Shown piece by piece: positions 29,878 to 40,093 of a stretch of DNA of 64,000 bases; the stretch's first letter is position 1; the number at the start of each line of letters is the position of its first letter. Source of the DNA: Gammaproteobacteria bacterium (lineage in GTDB: Bacteria > Pseudomonadota > Gammaproteobacteria > UBA4575); NCBI GenBank assembly GCA_965222615.1, contig CBDCUI010000008.1:834222-898221 (forward strand). Reading direction: 5' to 3'. Below the pieces are notes generated by a model, which was not told the DNA's origin, made no database searches, and saw only the letters and a list, made by a program, of their open reading frames with translations. Made by a program: the position numbers and the translations under genes.

Positions 29878-30663
29878 ATGGATATAGCAACCCTGTTGGG
29901 ATTATTGGGTGCTATTGCAGTAATTGCGTTAGCAATAATTCTAGGTGGGTCTGCCGGCACATTTGTGAATGTACCTTCTTTGGCGGTGGTTATCGGAGGC
30001 ACTTTCGCAGCAACTTTAACCCGAATTTCCTTAGCCGATTTTCTTGGTTCGTTTAAATTAGTTTTATCCACTTTTTTACACAAAAGTGTAAGCCTTACTA
30101 AATTAATAGAAGAGGCAGTTGAACTTGCTGATGTAGCCAGAAAAGAAGGTGTACTTGCATTAGAAGGAAGAGAGATTGGGCATCCTTTTTTAGAGCAAGG
30201 CATTAATCTTTGTATTGATGGATATCCAACAGAAGTTGTGCAAAAAATGCTGAGTAAGGATATTAATTTATCTATAGAGCGGCATGATACTGGTCGTGAA
30301 ATGTTTAAATCCATAGGCGATGCTGCACCGGCGATGGGTATGATCGGTACATTAATTGGGTTGGTGCAAATGTTATCAAACATGGATGATCCTAAAGCAA
30401 TTGGTCCGGCTATGGCGGTGGCGCTTTTGACTACACTCTATGGTGCTGTTATTGCAAATGCAATCGCACTCCCTATTGCAGATAAGCTTAAAAAGATTAG
30501 TCAAGAAGAACGTCTAAGCAAGAGCTTAATTCTAGAATCTGTTTCTGCAATTCAAGCTGGCACTAACCCAAGAGTAGTGGAGCAGCTTCTTGCAACATAT
30601 TTGCCAGACAATAAGCGTGAAAAATCTGGTAGTGATGCTGGTGAACAGCAAGAAGCTGCATAG
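29878..30663 (+). CDS. motA: flagellar stator protein MotA
   Basis: 261 aa; four TM helices, MotA/TolQ/ExbB family motif. Confidence 0.9.
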   Translation: MDIATLLGLLGAIAVIALAIILGGSAGTFVNVPSLAVVIGGTFAATLTRISLADFLGSFKLVLSTFLHKSVSLTKLIEEAVELADVARKEGVLALEGREIGHPFLEQGINLCIDGYPTEVVQKMLSKDINLSIERHDTGREMFKSIGDAAPAMGMIGTLIGLVQMLSNMDDPKAIGPAMAVALLTTLYGAVIANAIALPIADKLKKISQEERLSKSLILESVSAIQAGTNPRVVEQLLATYLPDNKREKSGSDAGEQQEAA

Positions 30664-30676
30664 ATAACTAGTAATT

Positions 30677-31576
30677 ATGTCTGAGGAGGAAGCAACCCAA
30701 GCAGAAGAATCCTCAGGTGCGCCGATGTGGATGGCTACTTTTGCTGATTTAGCAATTTTGCTTATGTGTTTTTTTGTATTGTTATTATCTTTTTCAGAAA
30801 TGGATGCTGCAAAATTCAAAGAGCTTGCAGGATCATTGCAAAGAGCATTTGGAGTCCAGCGAGATGTACCTGCAAATGAATTACCGAAAGGTACAAGTGT
30901 GGTAACCGCAGAATTTAGTCCGGGAAAGCCTGATAATGAAACCTTGTTGAAAATCATGCGTCAACAGACCACAGATGAAAGTAAAGACAATTTGGATTTC
31001 ACTAGTGGTAAGGGTGGAGTTGATAAGCAGCAAGTTGCCGAAGAGATTTACCAAGCTGCGGTAAAGCGGATGAAAGATGAAGCGAGCAGGTTAACGGCAG
31101 CATTACAGGACGAAATTGATGCAGGTGTGGTAGAAGTAGATTGGACTTCTAGAGAAATTGTAATTCGCATTAGAGAGCGAGGGACATTTTCATCTGGAGA
31201 TGACAAGATAAATAAAAATTTTGCTGTACTTTTGAGAAAGATCGGAAATGCTTTAAAGGCGGTTGAGGGAAATATAATCGTATCGGGCCATACAGATAAT
31301 ATACCTATTAGTACTGAGCGTTTTCCTTCAAATTGGGAACTTTCTGCCGCTCGTGCTGCTGCAGTAGTGCATCATTTAGTGTCTGAAGAGGATATTAATT
31401 CTGACAGACTTCAAATAAGGGCCCATGCAGATACGCGACCAATTTTCACAAATTATACTGAAGAAAGTAGAGAAAAAAATAGACGTGTTGAAATTTCGAT
31501 TTTAGGTGACAAGCGTTTGTTTTATGAGTATGAGGATGTTTCTTCTGTTGTTAATAATATAGACAGAGATAGATAA
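30677..31576 (+). CDS. motB: flagellar stator protein MotB (OmpA-like peptidoglycan-binding C-terminus)
   Basis: 299 aa; single TM, plug region, OmpA-like domain NRRVEI. Confidence 0.9.
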   Translation: MSEEEATQAEESSGAPMWMATFADLAILLMCFFVLLLSFSEMDAAKFKELAGSLQRAFGVQRDVPANELPKGTSVVTAEFSPGKPDNETLLKIMRQQTTDESKDNLDFTSGKGGVDKQQVAEEIYQAAVKRMKDEASRLTAALQDEIDAGVVEVDWTSREIVIRIRERGTFSSGDDKINKNFAVLLRKIGNALKAVEGNIIVSGHTDNIPISTERFPSNWELSAARAAAVVHHLVSEEDINSDRLQIRAHADTRPIFTNYTEESREKNRRVEISILGDKRLFYEYEDVSSVVNNIDRDR

Positions 31577-31581
31577 TTCTT

Positions 31582-32199
31582 GTGGATAAAAATAAGTTAA
31601 AAGATATTGAAAGTATGCAAAGCAATGAGAGCCGTGCTGCCTTTAGAATTGACGACAATGTACTTTTGTCTATCAGGATAATACCTGATGATCAACTAGA
31701 AGAGGCATTAAAAAGATTTCCTGAAAAGTTAGCGGAATTACAGGCATTGAATAGTTTTAGTGATTCGACGCAAGTACTAACTGACCAATTTGCATTACTA
31801 CGTAGACGCTATCCAGAAGTAGCGAAATACTTAAAAATTCTTGACGATAAAATAAATACATTAGCAAGAAGACAGTTTTCTACTTGTTCTATGATTCCAG
31901 ATCTTAGCTGGTATGAGGTTAATATCAGTGCAAATGGAATTCGATTTAATCATGGCAAGAAATTAAAAGTGGGGCAATATTTAGAATTGCGTCTACAATT
32001 TTCACAAGTGTCTAATTACATATTGGCATATGGAAAAATCGTAAGATGTGAACAAGTGACAGATAAAACTGATGAATACTCTATCGCAGTAGAATTCACG
32101 CATATAAATATAGAAGATCGTGAATCAATTCATATTCACGTTCGTGGTAAAGAGATCAAGCTGATTCGCGAAAAAGCTCTTCTACAAGAGCTAAGTTAA
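31582..32199 (+). CDS. PilZ-domain protein, YcgR-like flagellar brake (c-di-GMP effector); GTG start
   Basis: 205 aa immediately downstream of motAB; N-terminal region with RxxxR-like motif (RAAFRIDD), C-terminal PilZ fold. Confidence 0.6.
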   Translation: MDKNKLKDIESMQSNESRAAFRIDDNVLLSIRIIPDDQLEEALKRFPEKLAELQALNSFSDSTQVLTDQFALLRRRYPEVAKYLKILDDKINTLARRQFSTCSMIPDLSWYEVNISANGIRFNHGKKLKVGQYLELRLQFSQVSNYILAYGKIVRCEQVTDKTDEYSIAVEFTHINIEDRESIHIHVRGKEIKLIREKALLQELS

Positions 32200-32302
32200 A
32201 AAAGTTTGAAAAAGATAATCCATGTAGCTTGATTAACTTAGATTAAAGATATAGCCGCTTAAGTCGATATGAATAATATCATCATGTATATAGCAGTCTG
32301 AT

Positions 32303-33943
32303 ATGCAAGACGTTGTCCAGTTAGTCAAAAATTGGATTGTTCTTGGGCTTGAGCTATCCCAAGCTCTTTTTTCTGTGTTTTTCCTAGTTGCGCTGATAGT
32401 TTTACCTGCTATGTATTTGGCAGATATTGCCCAATCGCGACATGCTGTGCGTAGAAATTTTCCTGTTTTAGGGCGTTTTCGATATTTTTTTGAGCATATG
32501 GGAGAATTTTTCAGGCAATATTTTTTTTCTATGGACCGAGAAGAATTGCCGTTTAATCGTGCGCAAAGATCCTGGGTTTATCGCGCAGCTAAAGATATCA
32601 GTAATACTATTGCTTTTGGCTCCTCGCGAGACTTAAAAAAAGTTGGCACAGTTTTATTTGCAAATTGTCCTTATCCTACTTTGGGTGAAGATGCCACACC
32701 TATGTCTGAACAAATAGTCGGGCCGCAGTGTAAATATCCTTTCCGAACTAAATCAATTTTTAATATTTCTGCGATGAGCTATGGCGCACTTTCGAAGCCG
32801 GCAATCATTGCGTTATCAGAGGGGGCACGAGCTTCTGGATGTTGGTTAAATACAGGTGAAGGAGGTTTGTCTAAATATCATCTACAAAGTGGTTGTGACA
32901 TTGTATTTCAAATTGGTACCGCTAAATATGGGGTTAGAGACCCATTTAATAATAAATTAAGCGAATCAAAATTAATTGAGATTGCGGCTTGTCCTCAAGT
33001 TCGAATGTTCGAAATCAAATTGAGTCAAGGTGGCAAACCAGGTAAAGGGGGAATACTTCCTAGTGCTAAAGTAACTGAAGAGATTGCTGAAATCCGTGGA
33101 ATAGCAGTAGGGCAAGATTCCATTAGTCCAAATCGGCATCCTGATATCACTTGCGATGCAGATCTGCTGGAAATGATAAGGTATATACGAAAAGTAACCG
33201 GTAAACCAGTTGGATTTAAAACAGTCATAGGTTCAGAAATATGGTTAGACCATTTGTTTGGTTTGATAAATCAACGTGGTAAAAACTTTGCACCTGATTT
33301 TATTACTGTTGATAGTGCAGATGGTGGAACGGGAGCAGCACCGATGCCACTGTTGGATGATATGGGATTGCCCTTAAACGAAAGTTTGCCGATCGTAGTA
33401 AATAAGTTGCAGGAGCATCAATTACATGATCAAGTGAAGGTAATTGCATCCGGTAAATTAATTACACCAGTGGATGCAGCATGGGCACTATGCTTAGGCG
33501 CTAACTTTATTGCATCGGCTCGCGGATTTATGTTTGCACTTGGTTGTATTCAAGCACTGCAATGTAATAAAGACACCTGTCCTACCGGTATTACAACCCA
33601 TAATAAAAGATTACAACGAGGATTAAATCCTCAGCTGAAGTCAGTAAGAGTGGCAAATTATGTAAATAATATTGTGCATGAAATTGGCATGATCGCTCAT
33701 TCATGTGGTGTAAATCACCCCCTTGAATTGGATAGGCATCATGCGCGTGTGGTACAAGAAAATGGTTTGTCTGTACCACTAGATGAGCTGTATCCAGCCC
33801 CACAAATTAGAAATTTTAAAGAGCGTAGAAATTGGGAAACTCGACCATGGTCAAAAAAAGCAACTGCAAAGAGTGACCTTGAGGAAACTAAAGTAAATAT
33901 ATCGTTAAACGAATTAAGCCGAAAAAAAAGTACTAGCTGCTAA
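32303..33943 (+). CDS. membrane-anchored FMN-binding glutamate-synthase-domain (GltS-like) family protein
   Basis: 546 aa; N-terminal TM helix then GltS FMN-binding-like central domain. Confidence 0.7.
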   Translation: MQDVVQLVKNWIVLGLELSQALFSVFFLVALIVLPAMYLADIAQSRHAVRRNFPVLGRFRYFFEHMGEFFRQYFFSMDREELPFNRAQRSWVYRAAKDISNTIAFGSSRDLKKVGTVLFANCPYPTLGEDATPMSEQIVGPQCKYPFRTKSIFNISAMSYGALSKPAIIALSEGARASGCWLNTGEGGLSKYHLQSGCDIVFQIGTAKYGVRDPFNNKLSESKLIEIAACPQVRMFEIKLSQGGKPGKGGILPSAKVTEEIAEIRGIAVGQDSISPNRHPDITCDADLLEMIRYIRKVTGKPVGFKTVIGSEIWLDHLFGLINQRGKNFAPDFITVDSADGGTGAAPMPLLDDMGLPLNESLPIVVNKLQEHQLHDQVKVIASGKLITPVDAAWALCLGANFIASARGFMFALGCIQALQCNKDTCPTGITTHNKRLQRGLNPQLKSVRVANYVNNIVHEIGMIAHSCGVNHPLELDRHHARVVQENGLSVPLDELYPAPQIRNFKERRNWETRPWSKKATAKSDLEETKVNISLNELSRKKSTSC

Positions 33944-33968
33944 GTAGGAAAATTTTTTAAAAATTACT

Positions 33969-35336
33969 ATGGATAAAATTCTGAGTCGTATACCAATACC
34001 TGCTTCTTTACTAAAATTATTTGTTCCTGAAGCAGCTGTTGATCATGTGAGCTACGAAAAAGAGGAGAGCGGTCAATTTAATCAAGACTTGGATGCTAGA
34101 TATATATTATCTGAGACATTATTCGCAATTGTTACCAATACACAAAAACTGTTTGAAGAAGATTATAAGTTTGTTGATCTTAAAAAATTAGCAAAAGAAG
34201 TTGAAAATATATCTGATGCAAATGACATTTTAATAAAACTTTCTAATTTAATCGAAAGTTTAAGTAATGATTATGACAAGAGACAATTAAGTGCAATATA
34301 CGAAATTCCAGGAAAAATAATAGAAAATTATGAATTTCCAGAAGCGTATATCAAGCAAAGTGATCTTTTAAAAAAAGAATGTAAAAATATTAATGATAGT
34401 AGTGAGTATAAATCATCAATTTACAATGTTTTTAATTTAATTGATAGTGTTTGTAAAGACTCCATTGTTCAAAAGAAAGAACTAGAAAAGTTCTTGGTAA
34501 ACATTGGTATTCAAATCAGTCGAATTGGTGAAGAGTTAAATAATTTTGTCAGTGAGCAGTCTACAGACGTCAAACTACATAATGATCTAAATACACAAAT
34601 GCATAATGCTGTAAGTAGTTTAAGCGAAAGCTTACTTAAATCTGATGATTTAAATACTTTGAAAGATACTGTAAAAGCGCAGTTGGATACATTACAAAAT
34701 ATTGTTGCAGAAGAGCGAAAAGTAGTAAAAAAACATGAGTTAAGTATTAAGGAAAACATGAATAACTTGGCAAACAAAGTAAATGAGCTTAAGCAAGAAA
34801 CCCAAGAGTTAAAAGTAAAGGTTAAAATAGAAAAAGAAAATGCATTAAAAGACCCATTAACAGGGTTATTTAACAGAGAAGCCTATGATAATAAAATTAA
34901 AACTTTCATATCAGAGGCTAAAGATAATAAGACTGCACTATCTTTATTGGTATGGGATATAGATCATTTCAAAAAGTTCAATGATACTTATGGCCACGTA
35001 ATTGGCGACAAGGTACTTAAAGCAGTAACTAAAAAACTGTCGCACGCGCCTAAGGATAATTATTTTCTGGCAAGATATGGCGGTGAAGAGTTCGTTATGT
35101 TATTGCCAGACGTGGGGGCAGATGAAGCTTTACGATATGCTAATGACTTACGAGATGAAGTTTCTCGAATTACATATTTATATAAAGGTAAACCACTAAA
35201 AGTAACCATTTCGTGTGGTATTTCAGTCACACAAGGTGGGAGTAATGCAAAAAACCTATTCGTACGAGCTGATAAGGCATTATATGATGCTAAAATGAGT
35301 GGACGTAATTGCGTAAAATTGGAAGCTAATATTTAG
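33969..35336 (+). CDS. diguanylate cyclase (coiled-coil N-terminus + GGDEF, active-site GGEEF)
   Basis: 455 aa; RYGGEEF and DIDHFKKFNDTYGH motifs. Confidence 0.85.
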   Translation: MDKILSRIPIPASLLKLFVPEAAVDHVSYEKEESGQFNQDLDARYILSETLFAIVTNTQKLFEEDYKFVDLKKLAKEVENISDANDILIKLSNLIESLSNDYDKRQLSAIYEIPGKIIENYEFPEAYIKQSDLLKKECKNINDSSEYKSSIYNVFNLIDSVCKDSIVQKKELEKFLVNIGIQISRIGEELNNFVSEQSTDVKLHNDLNTQMHNAVSSLSESLLKSDDLNTLKDTVKAQLDTLQNIVAEERKVVKKHELSIKENMNNLANKVNELKQETQELKVKVKIEKENALKDPLTGLFNREAYDNKIKTFISEAKDNKTALSLLVWDIDHFKKFNDTYGHVIGDKVLKAVTKKLSHAPKDNYFLARYGGEEFVMLLPDVGADEALRYANDLRDEVSRITYLYKGKPLKVTISCGISVTQGGSNAKNLFVRADKALYDAKMSGRNCVKLEANI

Positions 35337-35337
35337 T

Positions 35338-36327
35338 TCAACGTAAAAACTTACCGTCTGCAATTTTTACTTGATTTCTACCTGATTTTTTTGCAAGTTT
35401 TAGGGCTTTATGTGCTCTTTCATAAATAGAGTCTACAGTGTCGTTATCACGAAGAGCTGCTAAACCTATACTTATTGTTACATAGATAGATTTACCTTCT
35501 GTCCCTTCTATTGAATTCTCTGATACTGCAATTCTTGCACGTTCAGCAATTTGGTGGGCTTCAAAGAGCTCTATACTGCCAAGTATTAAAGAAAATTGAT
35601 CATTACCAAACCGATATAATATATCGGTGTCACGTAAACACTCTTGTGTCATCTCATATACATGCTTGATTATAACGTCACTTAATAAAGTACCATGAGT
35701 CTCTTTAAGTTTAGTAAAGCGATCAATATCGATGAGAATTAAGCATAATGATTGTTTTTGTCGAATTGCTAATTTGGCTTCTCTGGTTAATTGATTTTCC
35801 ATATGTCCCCAATTAGGCAATCCTAAATGTGAATCATTGGCGGCTTGAGCAACTGCGCTTTCATGTCTCACAGCATTGCGTAATGGGAAAACTACAGCCG
35901 ATATATATACGTCGAATCTAGTTTTTTCTACCTGGGTAAATTCCACATCCCTATAAGCTATTATTTTTCCCCAGGAATGATCTTCTACTTCAAGTATGTA
36001 ACCATAGGAGTTAGTAGCTTTATTGCCTAAATGAATATGAGTTCCCAACAACGGAAATTCATATTCAACACAGTGTATATTTAGATCATCTTGAATCGTT
36101 TCAAAAAACGTTTCAAAGATTTCTTTGATGTTTAATGTGGTCTGTAACTTTAATACTAGCGCCGTTATAATCCGATCGATAGGCTTATTAGTGCTTATTG
36201 CAGTTGCAATTTCAAGCGCATGATTAGAGCTAGTGGCGAACTTCTCAACACTAGAACTATTCATTTCCTTATGCTCCTCTACTGTATTTTCCTTCCCTAG
36301 AAAGCAGTTACAAGAGCATACATCCAT
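35338..36327 (-). CDS. GAF-like + degenerate GGDEF protein (GNDQF in place of GG[DE]EF) with intact RxxD I-site; likely c-di-GMP receptor rather than cyclase
   Basis: 329 aa; ...RDTDILYRFGNDQFSLIL... Confidence 0.7.
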   Translation of the reverse strand: MDVCSCNCFLGKENTVEEHKEMNSSSVEKFATSSNHALEIATAISTNKPIDRIITALVLKLQTTLNIKEIFETFFETIQDDLNIHCVEYEFPLLGTHIHLGNKATNSYGYILEVEDHSWGKIIAYRDVEFTQVEKTRFDVYISAVVFPLRNAVRHESAVAQAANDSHLGLPNWGHMENQLTREAKLAIRQKQSLCLILIDIDRFTKLKETHGTLLSDVIIKHVYEMTQECLRDTDILYRFGNDQFSLILGSIELFEAHQIAERARIAVSENSIEGTEGKSIYVTISIGLAALRDNDTVDSIYERAHKALKLAKKSGRNQVKIADGKFLR

Positions 36328-36659
36328 GTTTCATCTTGTAAATCTGCAGAATTAATTATGCTTATGTATACCTATAACTATTGTTAAGTAGTTCAAAGAT
36401 GTATGGTGAGTCAGAACACATTAATCACTTGATGGTTATTTTTGTTAACCAGGTTTTAGTATTTGACTGTTACAAATAGATCTGAACGGGGAGATGTGAT
36501 CCATCTCACATAAAAAGGCCTATTTTAAAGTGGGATTTATCTAATCCGTTATTTCAAATTTATAACGATATTTGGAGGACAACTAATAACAATTATCAGT
36601 TTATCAATACATAATTTGAATTAATGCTAAAGCTAGTTTAACTAAGAGTAGTTATGGCT

Positions 36660-37178
36660 TTAAGCTGATGCCAATTGTCTGGATGCAGTAGATTGATACG
36701 AATGACCTTTATCATCATAGGTCTTGCTTTGTGTGACTCCAGCTAATGAATAAAGAGTGTCAATAGCATTGCTAGTATATTTGAGACGATTTGCCAAGAG
36801 TATACTATTTTCTTCAGATAAACTGTGACAGTGGCTTATTAGCTCTCTAATTTTATTCCACTCTTTAATATTATTTTTGACACAGATTTCGTTTATCGAT
36901 TGTAACGAGTGCTCTAATTTGTTCTTAGAAATATCAGATGTATTGTCGAAGTATTCAGAAATATAGCTAGATAATTCTTGCATACAATTTAACTTCGCTT
37001 GCGTAGCTTCGCTTATTTGGTCTGCATTTCCTTTTATTAATAGTTCTTGTTCATGTTTAAGTTGTTCTACTAAAATTTGCAGCCGTTCGCTAATATGAGA
37101 AATAAAACCTTTAATTGGCAAGATATCAAAAGGGTCAGCTTGAGAAAGCTTGTTTGTAGATTGGGGATTTCGCAGCAT
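36660..37178 (-). CDS. flgN: FlgN-like flagellar export chaperone
   Basis: 172-aa helical protein immediately downstream of flgM in the flgA-flgM-flgN arrangement. Confidence 0.55.
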   Translation of the reverse strand: MLRNPQSTNKLSQADPFDILPIKGFISHISERLQILVEQLKHEQELLIKGNADQISEATQAKLNCMQELSSYISEYFDNTSDISKNKLEHSLQSINEICVKNNIKEWNKIRELISHCHSLSEENSILLANRLKYTSNAIDTLYSLAGVTQSKTYDDKGHSYQSTASRQLASA

Positions 37179-37181
37179 ATG

Positions 37182-37505
37182 TTATTTTAAAAGTTTTTCA
37201 AACTCTATCAATTTAGCTGCAATATTCTCCGAATTGATTTTGTAAGTTCCATCTTGTAGTGCTTGTTTGATAGCGTCTACTTTTTGTCGATCGACAACAG
37301 GTTGAGAGGCAAGACTCTCCCTTATCTTTTCAAGTGTTTGTGCAGACGAAATGTCTACTTGGGCAGTACCGGCATTAGCAGTAGGTACAGCTTTAGACGA
37401 TTCGTTTCCTTTCCCGCTTTTATTAGTGCTTTGAATATTGGCACCATTTAATGGGCCATTAACACTGTTAATTTTGTCAGTCATAGTAGTTTTACCAGTC
37501 TTCAC
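37182..37505 (-). CDS. flgM: anti-sigma-28 factor FlgM
   Basis: 107 aa; conserved C-terminal VDRQKVDAIKQALQDGTYKINSENIAAKL. Confidence 0.8.
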   Translation of the reverse strand: MKTGKTTMTDKINSVNGPLNGANIQSTNKSGKGNESSKAVPTANAGTAQVDISSAQTLEKIRESLASQPVVDRQKVDAIKQALQDGTYKINSENIAAKLIEFEKLLK

Positions 37506-37514
37506 TAAAGGGGT

Positions 37515-37541
37515 TAACGGCAGTTTTTACTGCTACTTTAG
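37515..37541 (-). promoter_or_regulatory. sigma-28-type promoter for flgM-flgN (minus strand)
   Basis: Reverse complement reads TAAA-N15-GCCGTTAA. Confidence 0.4.
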
Positions 37542-37571
37542 TAGTTTACCCACTTTTTTAATGGAATTGTG

Positions 37572-38267
37572 TCATAGATTTAACAAAACCCTATGTTTAT
37601 CTGAGACATAGGCCTCAATTTCACGTTTAGAGCTCATATTTCTGACCCGAATTCTGTCTCCTTTGGCACCATTAGCTAACGCTACGCCATTGGCTTGGAC
37701 CACGATATTGGCCTGTTTTGAAATAATGATAACGCGGTCTCCACGATTAATAAGCTTTTTGGATTGCAGCATTGTGTCTGTAAGCACTTGATAAATATGG
37801 ATGTTTTGCTTTAATTGCTGCCCTAATATTGGGGTACTCGCTGGTAGATATCCCCGGGAAAGCTTGGTGACATCACGCTTTTCCTTACGCACATTCGATG
37901 TTGCAATAATTTGGCCACGACTTAAAGCAGAACTCGCCACCCACACATACTTATATATATGTATGTACACGCCGAGATAAATTTTCCAGGGTTTATCCCC
38001 TCTACAGCGAATGCCAACTGTTGTGCTACCAAATTTCTTGTTTTCCAAAGGCCAGAAGGCTTCAAGTGGGGAGGAGCACTTATGTAAGCGTAAGCGTTTA
38101 TCCAAAGGTCGAAGTGTAATTTCTGAATCTTGCACATCTTTCGTTTCTTTTAAAAGAAAATTAAGTGCAGTTGTTTGTAAGCTTTTGTGACTTTCTACAG
38201 ATGCATAAATATGTTCAGAACTGCTTAATAGTAAGCATGCAAGAATAAATGCGTATTTTTTAAACAT
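37572..38267 (-). CDS. flgA: flagellar P-ring assembly chaperone FlgA
   Basis: 231 aa with signal peptide and SAF-domain motif GDRIRVRN. Confidence 0.8.
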   Translation of the reverse strand: MFKKYAFILACLLLSSSEHIYASVESHKSLQTTALNFLLKETKDVQDSEITLRPLDKRLRLHKCSSPLEAFWPLENKKFGSTTVGIRCRGDKPWKIYLGVYIHIYKYVWVASSALSRGQIIATSNVRKEKRDVTKLSRGYLPASTPILGQQLKQNIHIYQVLTDTMLQSKKLINRGDRVIIISKQANIVVQANGVALANGAKGDRIRVRNMSSKREIEAYVSDKHRVLLNL

Positions 38268-38497
38268 GAAGTTATTAACAGCTAATTGCTAATTTTATGA
38301 AAATTTCTGTGTGTATTGTAATTATTATGAGTGTGCAAATTGTATGCCGAATTTTCAATACGATATTTACATGAAAATATAGGAATAGGGAGGACTAGAG
38401 AGAAATATTTGCCGGTATGCGGCAAATCTTGCCGCCAAACTTATAAAGAACCAGTGTAATTGTTTAAGTTTATATAAAACATCATGGCTTTATTGGT

Positions 38498-38513
38498 TGG
38501 CATAGCGTTTGCT
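38498..38513 (+). promoter_or_regulatory. sigma-54 promoter upstream of flgB
   Basis: TGGCAT-agcgt-TTGCT (GG-N10-GC with flanks matching TGGCAC-N5-TTGCW), 36 nt upstream of the flgB ATG. Confidence 0.55.
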
Positions 38514-38548
38514 TAGTAATCCAATAAGAAAAAAATAATGGATTAAGT

Positions 38549-38953
38549 ATGAACACACTTGACAATTACTTTGGACTCAATGCGCAGTCTATGCTGCTAC
38601 GTTCAAAACGTGCAGAAATATTAGCATCAAATATTATTAATGCCGATACCCCGAACTATAAGTCAAAAGATATAGATTTTAGAGAGGTGTTGAATGCAAA
38701 CTTTGATAAAGTTTTATTGAAACCAGTCTCTTTCAATACAACTCATAAATCACATATTGCTATGGAGAATGGCAATGATTTTTATTTGCAGACAAAGTAT
38801 AGAGTTCCTGAACATGCATCTTTAGATGGAAATACTGTGGACTCCCATGTAGAAAAAAGTAAGTTTGCAGAAAATTCTGTTCGTTATCAGATAAGTTTAT
38901 CTATGCTTAATAACAAAATCCAAGGTTTAATAAGCACGTTGCGTGGAGAATAA
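38549..38953 (+). CDS. flgB: flagellar basal-body rod protein FlgB
   Basis: 134 aa; order and rod N-terminal motif. Confidence 0.88.
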   Translation: MNTLDNYFGLNAQSMLLRSKRAEILASNIINADTPNYKSKDIDFREVLNANFDKVLLKPVSFNTTHKSHIAMENGNDFYLQTKYRVPEHASLDGNTVDSHVEKSKFAENSVRYQISLSMLNNKIQGLISTLRGE

Positions 38954-38955
38954 GG

Positions 38956-39381
38956 ATGTCATTATTTAATATCTTTGATATCGCAGGGAGCGGGCTTAGC
39001 GCGCAAAATGTCCGTTTAAACACAGTTGCTAGCAATTTAGCTAATGCGGAATCGGTCGCAAGTTCACCCGAGCTTGCGTATAAATCTAGACATCCAGTTT
39101 TTGCAACAAAATATCAAAATGAAATTGCAAACATTCAAAGCTCAGCAAGTGTAGGAGTTAAAACCATTGGGGTTGTTGAAAGTCAGGCAGAAAATGCCGC
39201 TCAGTTTCAACCGGGTAACCCGCTTGCTGACGAAGATGGCTATATTTATCTCTCCAATGTAAATGCTATTGAAGAGATGACCAATATGATGTCCGCATCC
39301 AGCAGTTATCAATCTAATGTTGAAGTATTGAATACTTCTAAGGAATTAATTCTGCAAACTTTACGCTTAGGTAGATTATGA
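38956..39381 (+). CDS. flgC: flagellar basal-body rod protein FlgC
   Basis: 141 aa; SGLSAQNVRLNTVASNLANAES. Confidence 0.92.
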   Translation: MSLFNIFDIAGSGLSAQNVRLNTVASNLANAESVASSPELAYKSRHPVFATKYQNEIANIQSSASVGVKTIGVVESQAENAAQFQPGNPLADEDGYIYLSNVNAIEEMTNMMSASSSYQSNVEVLNTSKELILQTLRLGRL

Positions 39382-39397
39382 AATAGAGATAATTAAT

Positions 39398-40060
39398 ATG
39401 AATCCGATTTCTTCAGATATTTTAAGTTTAGTTAATTCGCCACAGCAATCTAAAGAATCAAAAGAGCTAGGGCAAGAAGACTTTATTAATTTAATGATTA
39501 CACAGTTGCGTAATCAAGATCCATTTGAACCTTTACAGAGTGGTGAATTTATTGGGCAATTAGCTCAATTTGGAACGGTTTCCGGTATTAGTGAGTTGAA
39601 AGATACTGTAAGCGATCTAGCTAATTCTTTAATCTCCAATCAAACACTTGAGGCAGCAAACTTAATTGGTAAAAAAGCATTGATACCTTCAGATAGCTTT
39701 AGTGTTGAACAAGAAGATTCGGTTAAAGGTGCAGTTGCAATCAATGCGCCCTCAAATAATGTCACGGTCAGCATCTTTGATGCTGCAGGTAATTTAGTAC
39801 AGACACTACCATTAGGGGTTGTGAATACTGGCATACAAGATTTCGAATGGGATGGTAACGATGCAAGCGGTAATCCAGTCGAAAAAGGCGTGTACTTTTT
39901 CTCATCGGTTGGAAACCAAGGTGAGGATAGCGTTGCATTTGATACATTTTCATACAAAGAAATTCAAAGTATTTCGATTGGTGATAGTGCTAGCTCAATA
40001 CAATTAAATGTTTCAGACGGTACTGGACTAAAAATTTCTGATTTATTAAAAATCGAATAA
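39398..40060 (+). CDS. flgD: flagellar hook capping/assembly protein FlgD
   Basis: 220 aa; FINLMITQLRNQDPFEP motif. Confidence 0.9.
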   Translation: MNPISSDILSLVNSPQQSKESKELGQEDFINLMITQLRNQDPFEPLQSGEFIGQLAQFGTVSGISELKDTVSDLANSLISNQTLEAANLIGKKALIPSDSFSVEQEDSVKGAVAINAPSNNVTVSIFDAAGNLVQTLPLGVVNTGIQDFEWDGNDASGNPVEKGVYFFSSVGNQGEDSVAFDTFSYKEIQSISIGDSASSIQLNVSDGTGLKISDLLKIE

Positions 40061-40093
40061 GTATTTAAAATTAATTAAATAAGGAGATATAAC

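Noticed and set aside
29874-30383. 169-aa minus-strand ORF overlapping motA
   Set aside because: Antisense to a highly conserved MotA gene; low-complexity translation.
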